A DNA stretch of 64,000 bases from an uncultured Chloroflexia bacterium (GTDB taxonomy: Bacteria > Chloroflexota > Anaerolineae > JAAYZQ01), in NCBI GenBank assembly GCA_963700285.1, contig CAVOXA010000022.1, positions 192,001 through 256,000 on the forward strand, in the 5' to 3' direction. A model generated the notes under the pieces. The model searched no databases and was not told where the DNA came from. It saw only the letters and a list, made by a program, of their open reading frames with translations. Below, in pieces: positions 10,236 through 20,730 of the stretch. The first letter of the stretch is position 1. Each line of letters starts with the position of its first letter. The position numbers and the translations under genes were made by a program.

Positions 10236-10691
10236 AGTTCCACCCTCCATTGCGTGCCGATTCTCGTCCAGGGCCTGGGCGATGGCACCGGCAAGGCCAT
10301 CCGCCGCTTCGCCCGACAGGGCGCGGCGGTCGCGCAGCAACTGCGACAGGCGGCTGGAGGCCTGCGTGTAGAGGCCAAGAAGCTGGACCAGGACCTCGTC
10401 CGGCGGCCAGTTGCGGCCCGCGCTTTGGTCGTGGCCGGCGATGAGGGCGTCCAGGCGCCGCATCTTGTCCGTCAGGCCGGCGATGGCGCCGTCGATGGTC
10501 ACCGCCGTGGGATCCTCCGGGTAGAAGCCTGGCCCGGCGGGGGCTGGTGGCGCCTGTGGCGTGGCCTTGTCGCCGCGACGTCCATCGCCGCGATGGGCGG
10601 CGCAGCGGGGCGGGTCGCTGCCGCGCTCAGCCCAGGCCCGGCAAGGGGGGCCGGAACGGGTGAGGGCCGTGCATTTGCGCTTGTGGGTCAC
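10232..10691 (-). CDS. Cys/His knuckle protein (HGGxSTG-like), candidate terminase small subunit
   Basis: KRKCTALTRSGPPCRAWA...RCAAH; GGAG RBS before GTG 10691; removing one base near 10261 gives ...LDEIGTQWRVEL* and separates it from the next gene. Confidence 0.6.
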
Positions 10692-10778
10692 GATGCTGTC
10701 TCCAGGCAGGCCAGCGGGATGGCAGATCCCTGAACTCAATCACGCAATCTCGATACACACACAGTTGTTCTACTTATC

Positions 10779-10807
10779 AGTATACGGGTCGGACGCGAAC
10801 CGGTCAA
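10779..10807 (-). promoter_or_regulatory. Sigma70-type promoter of the terminase operon
   Basis: TTGACC-17-TATACT on the minus strand. Confidence 0.7.
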
Positions 10808-10835
10808 CCTCCCGCAGGTCTCAGGAGAATGTCCC

Positions 10836-10928
10836 TGTCATGCCCGCATGGTTCTAGCGGGCATCCACTCTGCGGCGGTGACGGTTGCCGGTGGCGCGGA
10901 TTCCCGCCAAAAACATGCGGGAATGACA
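10836..10928. repeat. GTCAT(T/G)CCCGC...GCGGG(A/C)AT palindromic repeat doublet
   Basis: Two hairpins bounded by tgtcat/atgaca; near-identical inverted copies at 61186-61280 and 61011-61092. Confidence 0.8.
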
Positions 10929-11286
10929 GGCCGGCTTGGTGGCATCTCCACTGAGGTTGATACGTTGCCGGAGGTTCTCACGCATGGGCGGAAACGAAGA
11001 AAGTGAGCAGAGAGACTGCCCAGGTCCTCTGCTCACTTTCATCACAAGGAGGAGAAAAAGAATAGTGGGACTACCTGGATAGGGATGGACTGCAAGCTGG
11101 GTGGCAGTAGGGCAGGTCACGGACCTGTCCGGAGCAGGGACCGGGACCGGAGAAAGTCACGGGTCCGGAGGTACAAAGGGCCCGGGGCGTGAGAAGCCAA
11201 ACGGCCCGGAACGGGCGTCCTTGCTCGTTCCGGGCCGAATAGACCGCAGTTTCAGGATGGATGCTGCGCGTCACCTTCTGGTCTGG

Positions 11287-11673
11287 CTACCGCCCAAAGG
11301 CCTTCTGCGTCCCCGGCAGCAAAGAGTAGATCAGGATGATGCCGTTGATGAGGATCGTCGGCGCCAGTCCGGCCAGCGTCGAGTCACCCAGCAGCGAGAT
11401 CAGCGCCAGGCTGAGGTTGAGGATGGACAGGATGACCAGAAACAACCAGGCCGAGGGATCGACCTTCCACAGGCCGCGCACCAGCCAGATCCAGATGGCG
11501 GCCAGCAGGCCCCACATGATGGCGCCGATGAGGTTAAAGGTAAAGAACCGGACCGGGCCGAGCCAGAGGGGCCACAGGTGCAGCATCTGCAGGGTATGGA
11601 TGATGGCCACGATGGCGGCCAGGGCGGCCAATATGGCCAGGACGGTGACGCCGATGGGGCGCTTTTTTTCCAT
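11287..11673 (-). CDS. Small four-TM membrane protein
   Basis: MEKKRPIGVTVLAILAAL..., four hydrophobic segments, AGGAG RBS. Confidence 0.8.
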   Translation of the reverse strand: MEKKRPIGVTVLAILAALAAIVAIIHTLQMLHLWPLWLGPVRFFTFNLIGAIMWGLLAAIWIWLVRGLWKVDPSAWLFLVILSILNLSLALISLLGDSTLAGLAPTILINGIILIYSLLPGTQKAFGR

Positions 11674-11789
11674 GTGGCTTCTCCTTGTGTCTGGCGAGTC
11701 GCCGTGCCAAAGATGGGCCCAGGGCTCGTGACCTGGCCAGGTCTCCTGACCGAGCCCATCTTCTGGCACGCAAAGTACGGCTAGAACCC

Positions 11790-12077
11790 CTAGGCCGGGT
11801 AGTAGGGCACGCTCTGGCGCTTCTGATAGCCGCCCGCATAGCCGGCGATGTCAGCCAGCAGACCCAGACCCAGCCAGATCCAGTCAAAGCCCACGACGCC
11901 GCCTGGGAAGACGATGAGGTACATCAGCAGCGTCCACGGCAGGAAGATGAAGCCCAAAAGGGGCAAGATCCAACCGTTGGTGAAGGCGGCAGTGAAGCGA
12001 GCTGGCTGGAACAACCACCAGACCAGGACGGCCAAGCGCGGGCCAAAGAACATCAGGGCAGCGAGAAAACAACACAT
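11790..12077 (-). CDS. Small membrane protein (MCCFLAALMFFGPR...FLPWT)
   Basis: Three hydrophobic segments, AGGAGG RBS. Confidence 0.8.
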   Translation of the reverse strand: MCCFLAALMFFGPRLAVLVWWLFQPARFTAAFTNGWILPLLGFIFLPWTLLMYLIVFPGGVVGFDWIWLGLGLLADIAGYAGGYQKRQSVPYYPA

Positions 12078-12189
12078 AGCAATTCCTCCTTGCAGGAATA
12101 ATTTGGGGGCCAATCGGCCCCAGGCTACGGGCATACCATCTGCCAGCTAGTAACTAGAACACCGGGTCGCGGTGGAAGTTGCGGCAGGG

Positions 12190-15100
12190 TTAGGGCTTTC
12201 TGACCAGCGGCAGATAGAGCCTGTAGGGCCTGTCCACCTCGATCTTTAGGGACAGTCTCTGCTCCGGGATAGGCCCGCGGTTGCCGGCCCGGTCGCGGAC
12301 GTCAAAGGCGATCTGGTAGGCGCCGGGCGCCCAGCCGGCCGTGTCCCAGATCAGGTGGCCCATTGCTGCGGGCATGGATCCCAGGAGGCGCCACGCGCCG
12401 CCCCCGGCGCCTCTGCACGGCCAGCGCGCCCAGCCGAGGCGGCGACATAAACGTCGATCCCCTCGATCCCGCTTCCCCCGCCAGCACCGTCCGTGGCCGT
12501 CACCTCGATGGTCACCGCTGCACCCGGGCGTGGCGCGGGCGAGGGGCTGGCGACGGCGGCCAGGATCTCGGGCGGCCTTCGGTCCAGCAGGACCTGGGTG
12601 CTGGTGATGGTGGTGCCCACACCGCCGAGCAGGAGAGCGGTAGCCCGCAGGTCGACCAGCCCATCCGGCGCCGCCAAAGCGTCCCAGACCAGGCCCCAGC
12701 CGTCAGCGCCGGTCGTATCCGTGCCCAGCAGGGCCCAATCGCCACCCTCCTGGCGCGCTTCAAAGCGCACCTCCTGGACCTGGCTGTACGCATCGGTCAC
12801 GCCGGCCTTGATCTCGACGGCGCGGGCGTCGAGGATGGCCCTGCTGCCGGGGACGAGGGACAGGCCTGGCCGGGACCGGCGTGGCGAGCCGGCCAGTTGC
12901 AGCGCCACGCCGCTGGCCTGGCCCAGGATATCGCCCACGGTGCCGGTCACGACGGCGTTGCTCTCGGCCGTCCAGCCCTCGCCGTAGCGGACCCCGACCG
13001 CGGTATGCTCGATGCTGGCCACGACGGAGAAGGGCAGGATGGCTGCCAGGCCCTGGCCGCGGAAGGCCGGGCCGTCCCCGGTGTCCGCACTGTACCGGAT
13101 CTCGCCCGCCGTGACGTCCACGGCGTTGTGGTGTATCTGGCTGAAGGCGCTGCCGGCCCGGATCTGGACGCCGGCCAGCGCTGGATCGGCGTCCACGATG
13201 CGCAAGACGCCGGGGTCATAGTCGATGAGCAGGTCGACGCCGGCTACGTCCTGGCCCCCGGTGTCCAGATGGACCTCGAGTTCAAAGGTATCGCCAACCT
13301 GGTAGGCGCCCGCTGCCGGGCTCAGGGCCAGGCTCGCGGCCGGCGAGCCTCCGGACAGGCTCTCCCCGCCGTCAGCGGGGGCGGCAGCGGCCGCCTGGCA
13401 GGGTGATGCATCCGTCCACCCCGCGCCACGCCTCCCCCACTGGTCGCCGACCGTGGCCAGGTCCAGGGCGTCTACCAGGCCGTCGCCGTTGACGTCCTGG
13501 CCCGGGTCCGTGCCACCCATGCCCATCCAGGACGTTCCGGTAGTCCATCAGGTTGACCTGGTTGTCGCCGCCGGGCTGGCCGGCCCAGGTCGTGTCCCCG
13601 GCCACGAACTCCCCCAACGCGAGTTGGTTTGTGCCCTGCTGGAACTCGACGGCCGGCAAGACCTGCCGCAGGGCCGTGCTTGGTTTTACATAAACGTCAT
13701 AGACCTCGCCGGCTTGCGCACAACCGGTGAGGTCCAGGCCCGCGATGCCGCCCTGCGCGTCCGTCTCGACCACCTTGCGGCAGGCGCAGGTCAGCTTTCC
13801 GGCCCTGGCGAGCACGATCTCGACGCTGGCCCTGTAGGTCAGGCCGGTGGCCAGGTCCAGGCGGACAGGCTTGGGCTGGCAGGCGCTGGCGTCCGTGTCC
13901 CACGCCAGGCGAACCTGAGCGTCGCCCGTCTCTTCACGCAGCAGCAGGCGCAGGCTGTGGCGGCCGTCGAGGTTGTAGCCCCCGTCTCCGTCGCAGATCT
14001 GCCGCGCTCCCGGACCGTCATGGTGGGCGATTTTGCGCCCGTCCAGCCACAACTGGGCGCCGCCGTTGTGGTCCAGGTAAAAGACGTATTCGCCCTGGTC
14101 AAAATCCAGGGCCGTGCGGAACTCGCCCACCCAGTCGTCGCCGGCCAGATCGCCACAGGGCGCGCCGGCGGCCCAGTCCACCGCCAGGCCGGGCCCGTCT
14201 AGCGTCTCCGAACAGAGGCTCGGGCGGCAGCCGCTGTCCCACCAGCAGGCGTCGCCCGCATCGTAGCGGGCCTTCCACTTCTGGGGGCCCGCCTCCGGGA
14301 TGGGCGCGCAGCCGCTGCCGGCAAACAGTTCAAAGGAGGAGACCTGGTCGTTGAGGAGGACCTGCCCGCCGTCGAAATAGTCGCCTTCGAAAGTCTCTTC
14401 GTCCGAGCTGCGGCAGGCCGAGGCGCCCGCCCGGTCCACGTGCTCGTGAAGCCGCACCGAGGCCCCGGCCGGCAGGTGCAGGGAGGATGCCCGGTCGTTA
14501 AAGCCGGCCGGCACGTTCTGCCAGCCCGGGTCGCTGCGTTGGACGTAGCCCAGGCCCTCGCCCTGGCCGCCGCAATCGTAGCCGGCGTGTTTGTAGAGGA
14601 TAGCGCCGCCCGCTTGCGGGCACTCGGCCGGGCCCGGGCTGTTCTGGGAGACGAGCACCAGTCCTGCCTGGAGTTCTTCCCAGGCAGCTTCGGCAAAGTC
14701 AAAGGTGAGGCGGTTCTGGGGCCAGGCCGCGGCATTGGGATCGTTGGGATCGGGCAGGGTGGGCAGGTCCGAAGAAACCATGTAATGCAGGTGCACGCCC
14801 GTGGCAAAGCCGGTTTCGCCCTCGACGCCGATGGGCTCGCCGCTGGCGATGGCGGCCCCGGCATAGACGCCCTCGGGCACGCTCTGGTAGGCCAGGTGCA
14901 CGTACCACGAGTACTCGTTGGCGGCGTGGCGGATGACGACCATGTTGGCCTGGCGCCAGCAGTCCAGGCTGGCACAGCCGCTGTTGCTCGAGTCTTTGGC
15001 AAAGACGACGGTCCCCCCCTTGGCGGCGGCGACGGTGCCCGCGCCCCAGGCGCTGGAAGCGGTCCACAGGTTAAAATCGACCTGTTTGTCGTGGTTGGTC

Positions 15101-15588
15101 CCATCCCGCCGGACGACCGTACCCTTGTAGCCCTCCAGCCAGGGCACCTTGTAGCCGGTGACCTCTGCCTGGGGGCCGGCCGGGGCTGGGGACGTGCCGA
15201 GGTAGCGCTTGGTCTGCGCGTCGATGAGGGATTCCGGCGCCGCCGCCAGCCAGGCGTCGAAAAGGCGCTCGCCGGGCAGCGCGGCCTGCCAGCTCCCGTC
15301 GGCAGCGCGGCGGGCCAGGATGACCAGGGGCTCCGTGGGCGCCGGCTGGCCGCTGGTACGGCTCGTTGCCCGGGCCGTGGCATAGGCCCAGTCGCCGGCC
15401 TGGACAGTTTCCGCGACCTGCCAGCGCAGATCGGGATCCGGCAGCGTCTCCAGCCGGTTCTGGACAGCGGCCCGGATGGCGTCCGTGCCCTGGGTCGGTG
15501 GCAGCGAGGCTGGGGCGGCAAGCAAGGGCAGCGCGACCGCAATGAGCAACAGCAGAACCACAGATAGGATGGCGAGGGTTCTTTTCAT
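12190..15588 (-). CDS. Secreted M23-family peptidase with beta/gamma-crystallin-like, PA14-like, dockerin, cohesin and Ig-like domains; frameshifts near 13530 and 12370-12420
   Basis: Signal peptide; HDKQVDF, YVHL and TGVHLHY M23 motifs; DNQVNLMD/DVNGDGLVDALD dockerin pair; VGDTFELEV..VDLLIDYDP cohesin; ends LYLPLVRKP. Confidence 0.8.
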
Positions 15589-15635
15589 GGGACTTCCTGG
15601 TACCGGTAACGCCGGCCTCTGGACGGAGCGGTGGG

Positions 15636-15664
15636 ATTATAGCATGACTGGGCAGGGAGAGCAA
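15636..15664 (-). promoter_or_regulatory. Promoter of the M23 gene
   Basis: TTGCTC-17-TATAAT with extended -10 TG on the minus strand. Confidence 0.65.
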
Positions 15665-15722
15665 GAGAACCGGGGTAGCTGGAAGACGGGCATATGTCCA
15701 TGCTGTAAATCTGACCAGGGCG

Positions 15723-15751
15723 TTGACATCTGGTTACCTCTATGATAAGAT
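15723..15751 (+). promoter_or_regulatory. Promoter reading into the 63-bp array and the RAYT gene
   Basis: TTGACA (15723-15728), 17 nt, TAAGAT (15746-15751). Confidence 0.6.
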
Positions 15752-16118
15752 AGAGCCCGTTCGTAGTGCGCGATTCATCGCGCTGCTCTTCTGATGGAAC
15801 ACTTGTGAAAAGATAGAGCCCGTTCGTAGTGCGCGATTTATCGCGCTGCTCTTCTGATGGAACACTTGTGAAAAGATAGAGCCCGTTCGTAGTGCGCGAT
15901 TCATCGCGCTGCTCTTCTGATGGAACACTTGTGAAAAGATAGAGCCCGTTCGTAGTGCGCGATTCATCGCGCTGCTCTTCTGATGGAACACTTGTGAAAA
16001 GATAGAGCCCGTTCGTAGTGCGCGATTCATCGCGCTGCTCTTCTGATGGAACACTTGTGAAAAGATAGAGCCCGTTCGTAGTGCGCGATTCATCGCGCTG
16101 CTCTTCTGATGGAACACT
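15747..16118 (+). repeat. Tandem array of 6 x 63 bp, each unit holding one GTAG-family REP
   Basis: GTAG at 15763, 15826, 15889, 15952, 16015 and 16078, each followed by the palindrome gcgcgattcatcgcgc; one substitution in unit 2. Confidence 0.95.
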
Positions 16119-16153
16119 AGTACGCGAAGCGCTGCTCATGGAGGCGACTGACC

Positions 16154-16747
16154 ATGTATGAGTATCGCAGGCTCACCGCAGAACAGCGGGCTGAACTGGT
16201 ACAACAACGTCTAGCTCGGGGGGACCCGCCTCATTCGCCGCCGCACTTGCTATACGATGACACCTACTATCTGCTAACCGCAACCTGCTATGACCATCTT
16301 TTCCATATGCACGATCCCCTCCGTCGCCGGCAGGTCCTGGATGCTCACTTTGAGAAATTCATCACCGCGGGCATGGAGATCCAGGCCTGGGCGGTGCTGC
16401 CGAATCACTATCATCTACTGGTCCACGTCACGAGTTTTGAGGCATTGGGAGATATCTTTCGACTGGTGCATGGTCCCACTGCCCGCGATTGGAATCTTCA
16501 GGACGACGCCCTTGGCCGGAAGGTGTGGTATCGTTTCGCCGATCGCGCGATCCGTTCCGAGCGACACTATTATACGACACTGAACTACATACACTACAAT
16601 CCAGTGAAGCATGGATGGGCCAAGTCGCCGTACGATTGGAAAGAGTCTAGTATTCACTGGTACCTGGTCTACAAAGGGCGCGAATGGCTTCGGGATTCGT
16701 GGGTACGTTATCCGGTTCGAGACTATGGGTTGGGCTGGGATGATTGA
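16154..16747 (+). mobile_element. rayT: REP-associated tyrosine transposase (RAYT/TnpA-REP, Y1 HUH family)
   Basis: YLLTAT, LPNHYHLL HUH motif, YIHYNPVKHG catalytic Tyr motif, YDWKESS; GGAGG RBS; REPs on both sides. Confidence 0.92.
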
Positions 16748-16752
16748 GTACT

Positions 16753-19175
16753 GGGCAGGACCTGTTCGTAGTGCGCGATTCATCGCGCTATCTGAGCGGC
16801 GAGTCGAGGTGCAGGTACAGAAAACGGCGATGAATCGCCGACTACGAACGGATGCGTGCCGGGCAGGACCTGTTCGTAGTGCGCGATTCATCGCGCTGTC
16901 TGAGCGGCGAGTGGGGTGCAGGTACAGAAAACGGCGATGAATCGCCGACTACGAACGGATGCGAGCCGGGCAGGGCCTGTTCGTAGTGCGCGATTCATCG
17001 CCGACTAGAACGGATGCGAGCAGGGCAGGACCTGTTCGTAGTGCGCGATTCATCGCGCTGTCTGAGCGGCGAGTCGAGGTGCAGGTACAGAAAACGGCGA
17101 TGAATCGCCGACTACGAACGGATGCGAGCCGGGCGGAGCCTGTTCGTAGTGCGCGATTCATCGCGCTATCTGAGCGGCGAGTCGAGGTGCAGGTACAGAA
17201 AACGGCGATGAATCGCCGACTACGAACGGATGCGAGCCGGGCGGAGCCTGTTCGTAGTGCGCGATTCATCGCGCTGTCTGAGCGGCGAGTCGAGGTGCAG
17301 GTACAGAAAACGGCGATGAATCGCCGACTACGAACGGATGCGTGCAGGGCAGGACCTGTTCGTAGTGCGCGATTCATCGCGCTATCTGAGCGGCGAGTCG
17401 AGGTGCAGGTATAGAAAACGGCGATGAATCGCCGACTACGAACGGATGCGAGCCGGGCGGGAGCCTGTTCGTAGTGCGCGATTCATCGCGCTATCTGAGC
17501 GGCGAGTCGAGGTGCAGGTACAGAAAACGGCGATGAATCGCCGACTACGAACGGATGCGTGCCGGGCGGAGCCTGTTCGTAGTGCGCGATTCATCGCGCT
17601 GTCTGAGCGGCGAGTCGAGGTGCAGGTACAGAAAACGGCGATGAATCGCCGACTACGAACGGATGCGTGCCGGGCAGGACCTGTTCGTAGTGCGCGATTC
17701 ATCGCGCTGTCTGAGCGGCGAGTCGAGGTGCAGGTACAGAAAACGGCGATAAATCGCCGACTACGAACGGATGCGTGCCGGGGGGAGCCTGTTCGTAGTG
17801 CGCGATTCATCGCGCTATCTGAGCGGCGAGTCGAGGTGCAGGTACAGAAAACGGCGATAAATCGCCGACTACGAACGGATGCGAGCCGGGCAGGACCTGT
17901 TCGTAGTGCGCGATTCATCGCCGACTACGAACGGATGCGAGCAGGGCAGGACCTGTTCGTAGTGCGCGATTCATCGCGCTGTCTGAGCGGCGAGTCGAGG
18001 TGCAGGTACAGAAAACGGCGATGAATCGCCGACTACGAACGGATGCGTGCCGGGCGGAGCCTGTTCGTAGTGCGCGATTCATCGCGCTGTCTGAGCGGCG
18101 AGTCGAGGTGCAGGTACAGAAAACGGCGATGAATCGCCGACTACGAACGGATGCGTGCCGGGCAGGGCCTGTTCGTAGTGCGCGATTCATCGCGCTATCT
18201 GAGCGGCGAGTCGAGGTGCAGGTACAGAAAACGGCGATGAATCGCCGACTACGAACGGATGCGCGCCGGGCAGGACCTGTTCGTAGTGCGCGATTCATCG
18301 CGCTGTCTGAGCGGCGAGTCGAGGTGCAGGTACAGAAAACGGCGATGAATCGCCGACTACGAACGGATGCGTGCCGGGCAGGACCTGTTCGTAGTGCGCG
18401 ATTCATCGCGCTGTCTGAGCGGCGAGTCGAGGTGCAGGTACAGAAAACGGCGATGAATCGCCGACTACGAACGGATGCGTGCCGGGCAGGACCTGTTCGT
18501 AGTGCGCGATTCATCGCGCTGTCTGAGCGGCGAGTCGAGGTGCAGGTACAGAAAACGGCGATGAATCGCCGACTACGAACGGATGCGAGCCGGGCAGGAC
18601 CTGTTCGTAGTGCGCGATTCATCGCGCTGTCTGAGCGGCGAGTCGAGGTGCAGGTACAGAAAACGGCGATAAATCGCCGACTACGAACGGATGCGAGCGG
18701 GCGGAGCCTGTTCGTAGTGCGCGATTCATCGCGCTATCTGAGCGGCGAGTCGAGGTGCAGGTACAGAAAACGGCGATGAATCGCCGACTACGAACGGATG
18801 CGAGCAGGGCAGGACCTGTTCGTAGTGCGCGATTCATCGCGCTGTCTGAGCGGCGAGTCGAGGTGCAGGTACAGAAAACGGCGATGAATCGCCGACTACG
18901 AACGGATGCGAGCAGGGCAGGACCTGTTCGTAGTGCGCGATTCATCGCGCTGTCTGAGCGGCGAGTCGAGGTGCAGGTACAGAAAACGGCGATGAATCGC
19001 CGACTACGAACGGATGCGTGCAGGGCAGGGCCTGTTCGTAGTGCGCGATGAATCGCCGACTACGAACGGATGCGAGCCGGGCGGAGACTGTTCGTAGTGC
19101 GCGATTCATCGCGCTCTGCGGGCGGCGAGGTGAGGGTCGGCTCAGAAAACGGCGCTAAAGCGCCGGCTTTGAACC
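16753..19175. repeat. Tandem array of 108-bp inverted REP doublets (REPIN/BIME-like): about 20 full units, 3 collapsed units and 1 degenerate terminal unit
   Basis: Unit = gttcGTAGtgcgcgattcatcgcgc - spacer - cggcgatgaatcgccgaCTACgaac - linker; 24 left-hand REPs counted. Confidence 0.95.
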
Positions 19176-19196
19176 TTGAGCGGTATAGGAGGAATA

Positions 19197-20400
19197 ATGC
19201 AAGGAGAATGGCGTTTTCATCTCGCCCAACGTGATCTTTGGACGCGGCGCGGTGCGGCGGACGGGCGAGGCGGTCCGCTGGTACGGCGCGGAGCGGGTGC
19301 TGCTGGTGACCGATCCGGCGCTGGTGGCCGCCGGCCTGCACGAGCCGGTGGAGGCATCGCTGCGTGAGGCCGGCGTCGCGGTCGATCGTTGGGAAGGCGG
19401 CCGGGCCAAACCCACGGTTGAGGCAGTGGCCGCTTGCGTGGCGGCCACCCAGGCAGCGGACTATGGGGCGCTGGTGGCCCTGGGCGGCGGCAGCAACATC
19501 GACCTGGCCAAGGCGGCGGCGGTGGTGCTGCGCTATGGCGGCTCGGCCACGGACTATTTCGGCGAGCACCAGGTGCCGGGGCCCATCCTGCCCTTGATAG
19601 CCGTATCCACGACCGCGGGCACGGGCGCCGAGGTCTCGGGCGCCTCGGTGCTGGCCGACCCGGCCAACAACCGGCGGGGCTCGATCCTGAGCAACTTTGT
19701 GCGGCCCCTGGCGGCCATCTATGACCCCCTGCTGACGGTCAGTTGCCCGCCGGTGGTGACGGCCGATGCCGGAATCGATGCCCTGGCCCATGCCGTCGAG
19801 GCGTATATGACCACGGACTACCGCATCGAGACCGGCGCCGAAGGTGTTCCCGGCCTATACCACGGCAGTTTCCCCCTGTCGGACCTGCTGGTGGAGAAGG
19901 CCATCAACCTCATCGGGCGGTATCTGCGCCGGGCCGTCTACCGGGGCGGGGACCTGGAAGCGCGGGAGGGCATGCACCTGGCCAGCCTGCTGGCGGGCAT
20001 GGGCTTTTCCAACGCCGGGCTGACGGCCGTCCACGCGCTAGAGTATCCAGTGGGCGTGGCGACCGGCTGCACCCACGGCGCGGGCAACGGCCTGTTCCTG
20101 CCCTACGTGATGGAGTACAACATTCCCGCCTGTCCCGGGCGCCTGGCCACGGTGGCCCGCCTGCTGGGCGAAAACGTGGAGGGGCTGCCCGATCTGGAGG
20201 CGGCCGAACTGGCCGTCCAGGCCGTGTTGCGGCTGGAGGAAGAGATCGGTCTCAAGACCCACCTGCGCGACCTGGGCGTGGAGAAGGAGGAACTGCGCGC
20301 GATGGCCGAGGCGGCCTCGGGCGTCACGCGCTTGCTGAGCTTGAACCCGCGGCCGCTGGATACCGATTCGCTGGAGGGGATCCTACAGCGGGCGTGGTAG
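19197..20400 (+). CDS. Iron-containing alcohol dehydrogenase (HOT-like); probable frameshift near the start
   Basis: LGGGSNID, TTAGTGAE, GIDALAHAVE, HALEY, HGAGN motifs; AGGAGG RBS before ATG 19197, which is out of frame with ORF 19231. Confidence 0.88.
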
Positions 20401-20473
20401 GCCCGGCTCTGCAGGCGAGAGGCCGCGGCGGCCGAGCATGAGCTGGGGCCGACGCGGCCCGTTCCTGACGGAC

Positions 20474-20505
20474 AAAGAAAAGACCTGCCGGAGCAGGTCT
20501 TTTTC
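20474..20505. terminator. Bidirectional intrinsic terminator
   Basis: aaagaaaagacctgc-cgga-gcaggtcttttt, with an A-run before and a T-run after. Confidence 0.7.
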
Positions 20506-20730
20506 CTGAAAAATGAGTGGCGGCGCCGTGTGCATGCATCATTGCATGCGTGGGGCTTCTCCTCCAGTCGGCTTTGGGATGACAAGATCAAGTTCAGATG
20601 AAGTGGCGTTGATGGTGAAGTCCAGTACCTGGTCCAAGTCAAGTCTCATGAAGGCGCCGCCGGAAAACATAGTACCCTATCCAGGTAAATATGAAGTAAC
20701 AGTTCTGTATAAAATTTGTTAAAATTTCCG

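Noticed and set aside
9969-10739. Single 256-aa protein as listed in the ORF track
   Set aside because: An internal RBS and GTGA overlap at 10232-10235 suggest two genes fused by one extra base.
10930-11286. Possible small gene between an AAGGAGG at ~11046 and the hairpin at ~11202-11237
   Set aside because: The GTG following the RBS reaches a stop after five codons and no convincing product is seen.
15585-19051. Repetitive ORFs on both strands of the arrays (e.g. 15585-16139, 17915-18622, 18000-18779)
   Set aside because: They stay open because the periods (63 and 108) are multiples of three. They lack RBSs, are broken at collapsed units and occur on both strands.
15747-19175. CRISPR array interpretation of the repeats around 16154-16747
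   Set aside because: The sequence between repeats is constant rather than unique spacers, there are no cas genes, and the adjacent protein is a Y1 HUH transposase.
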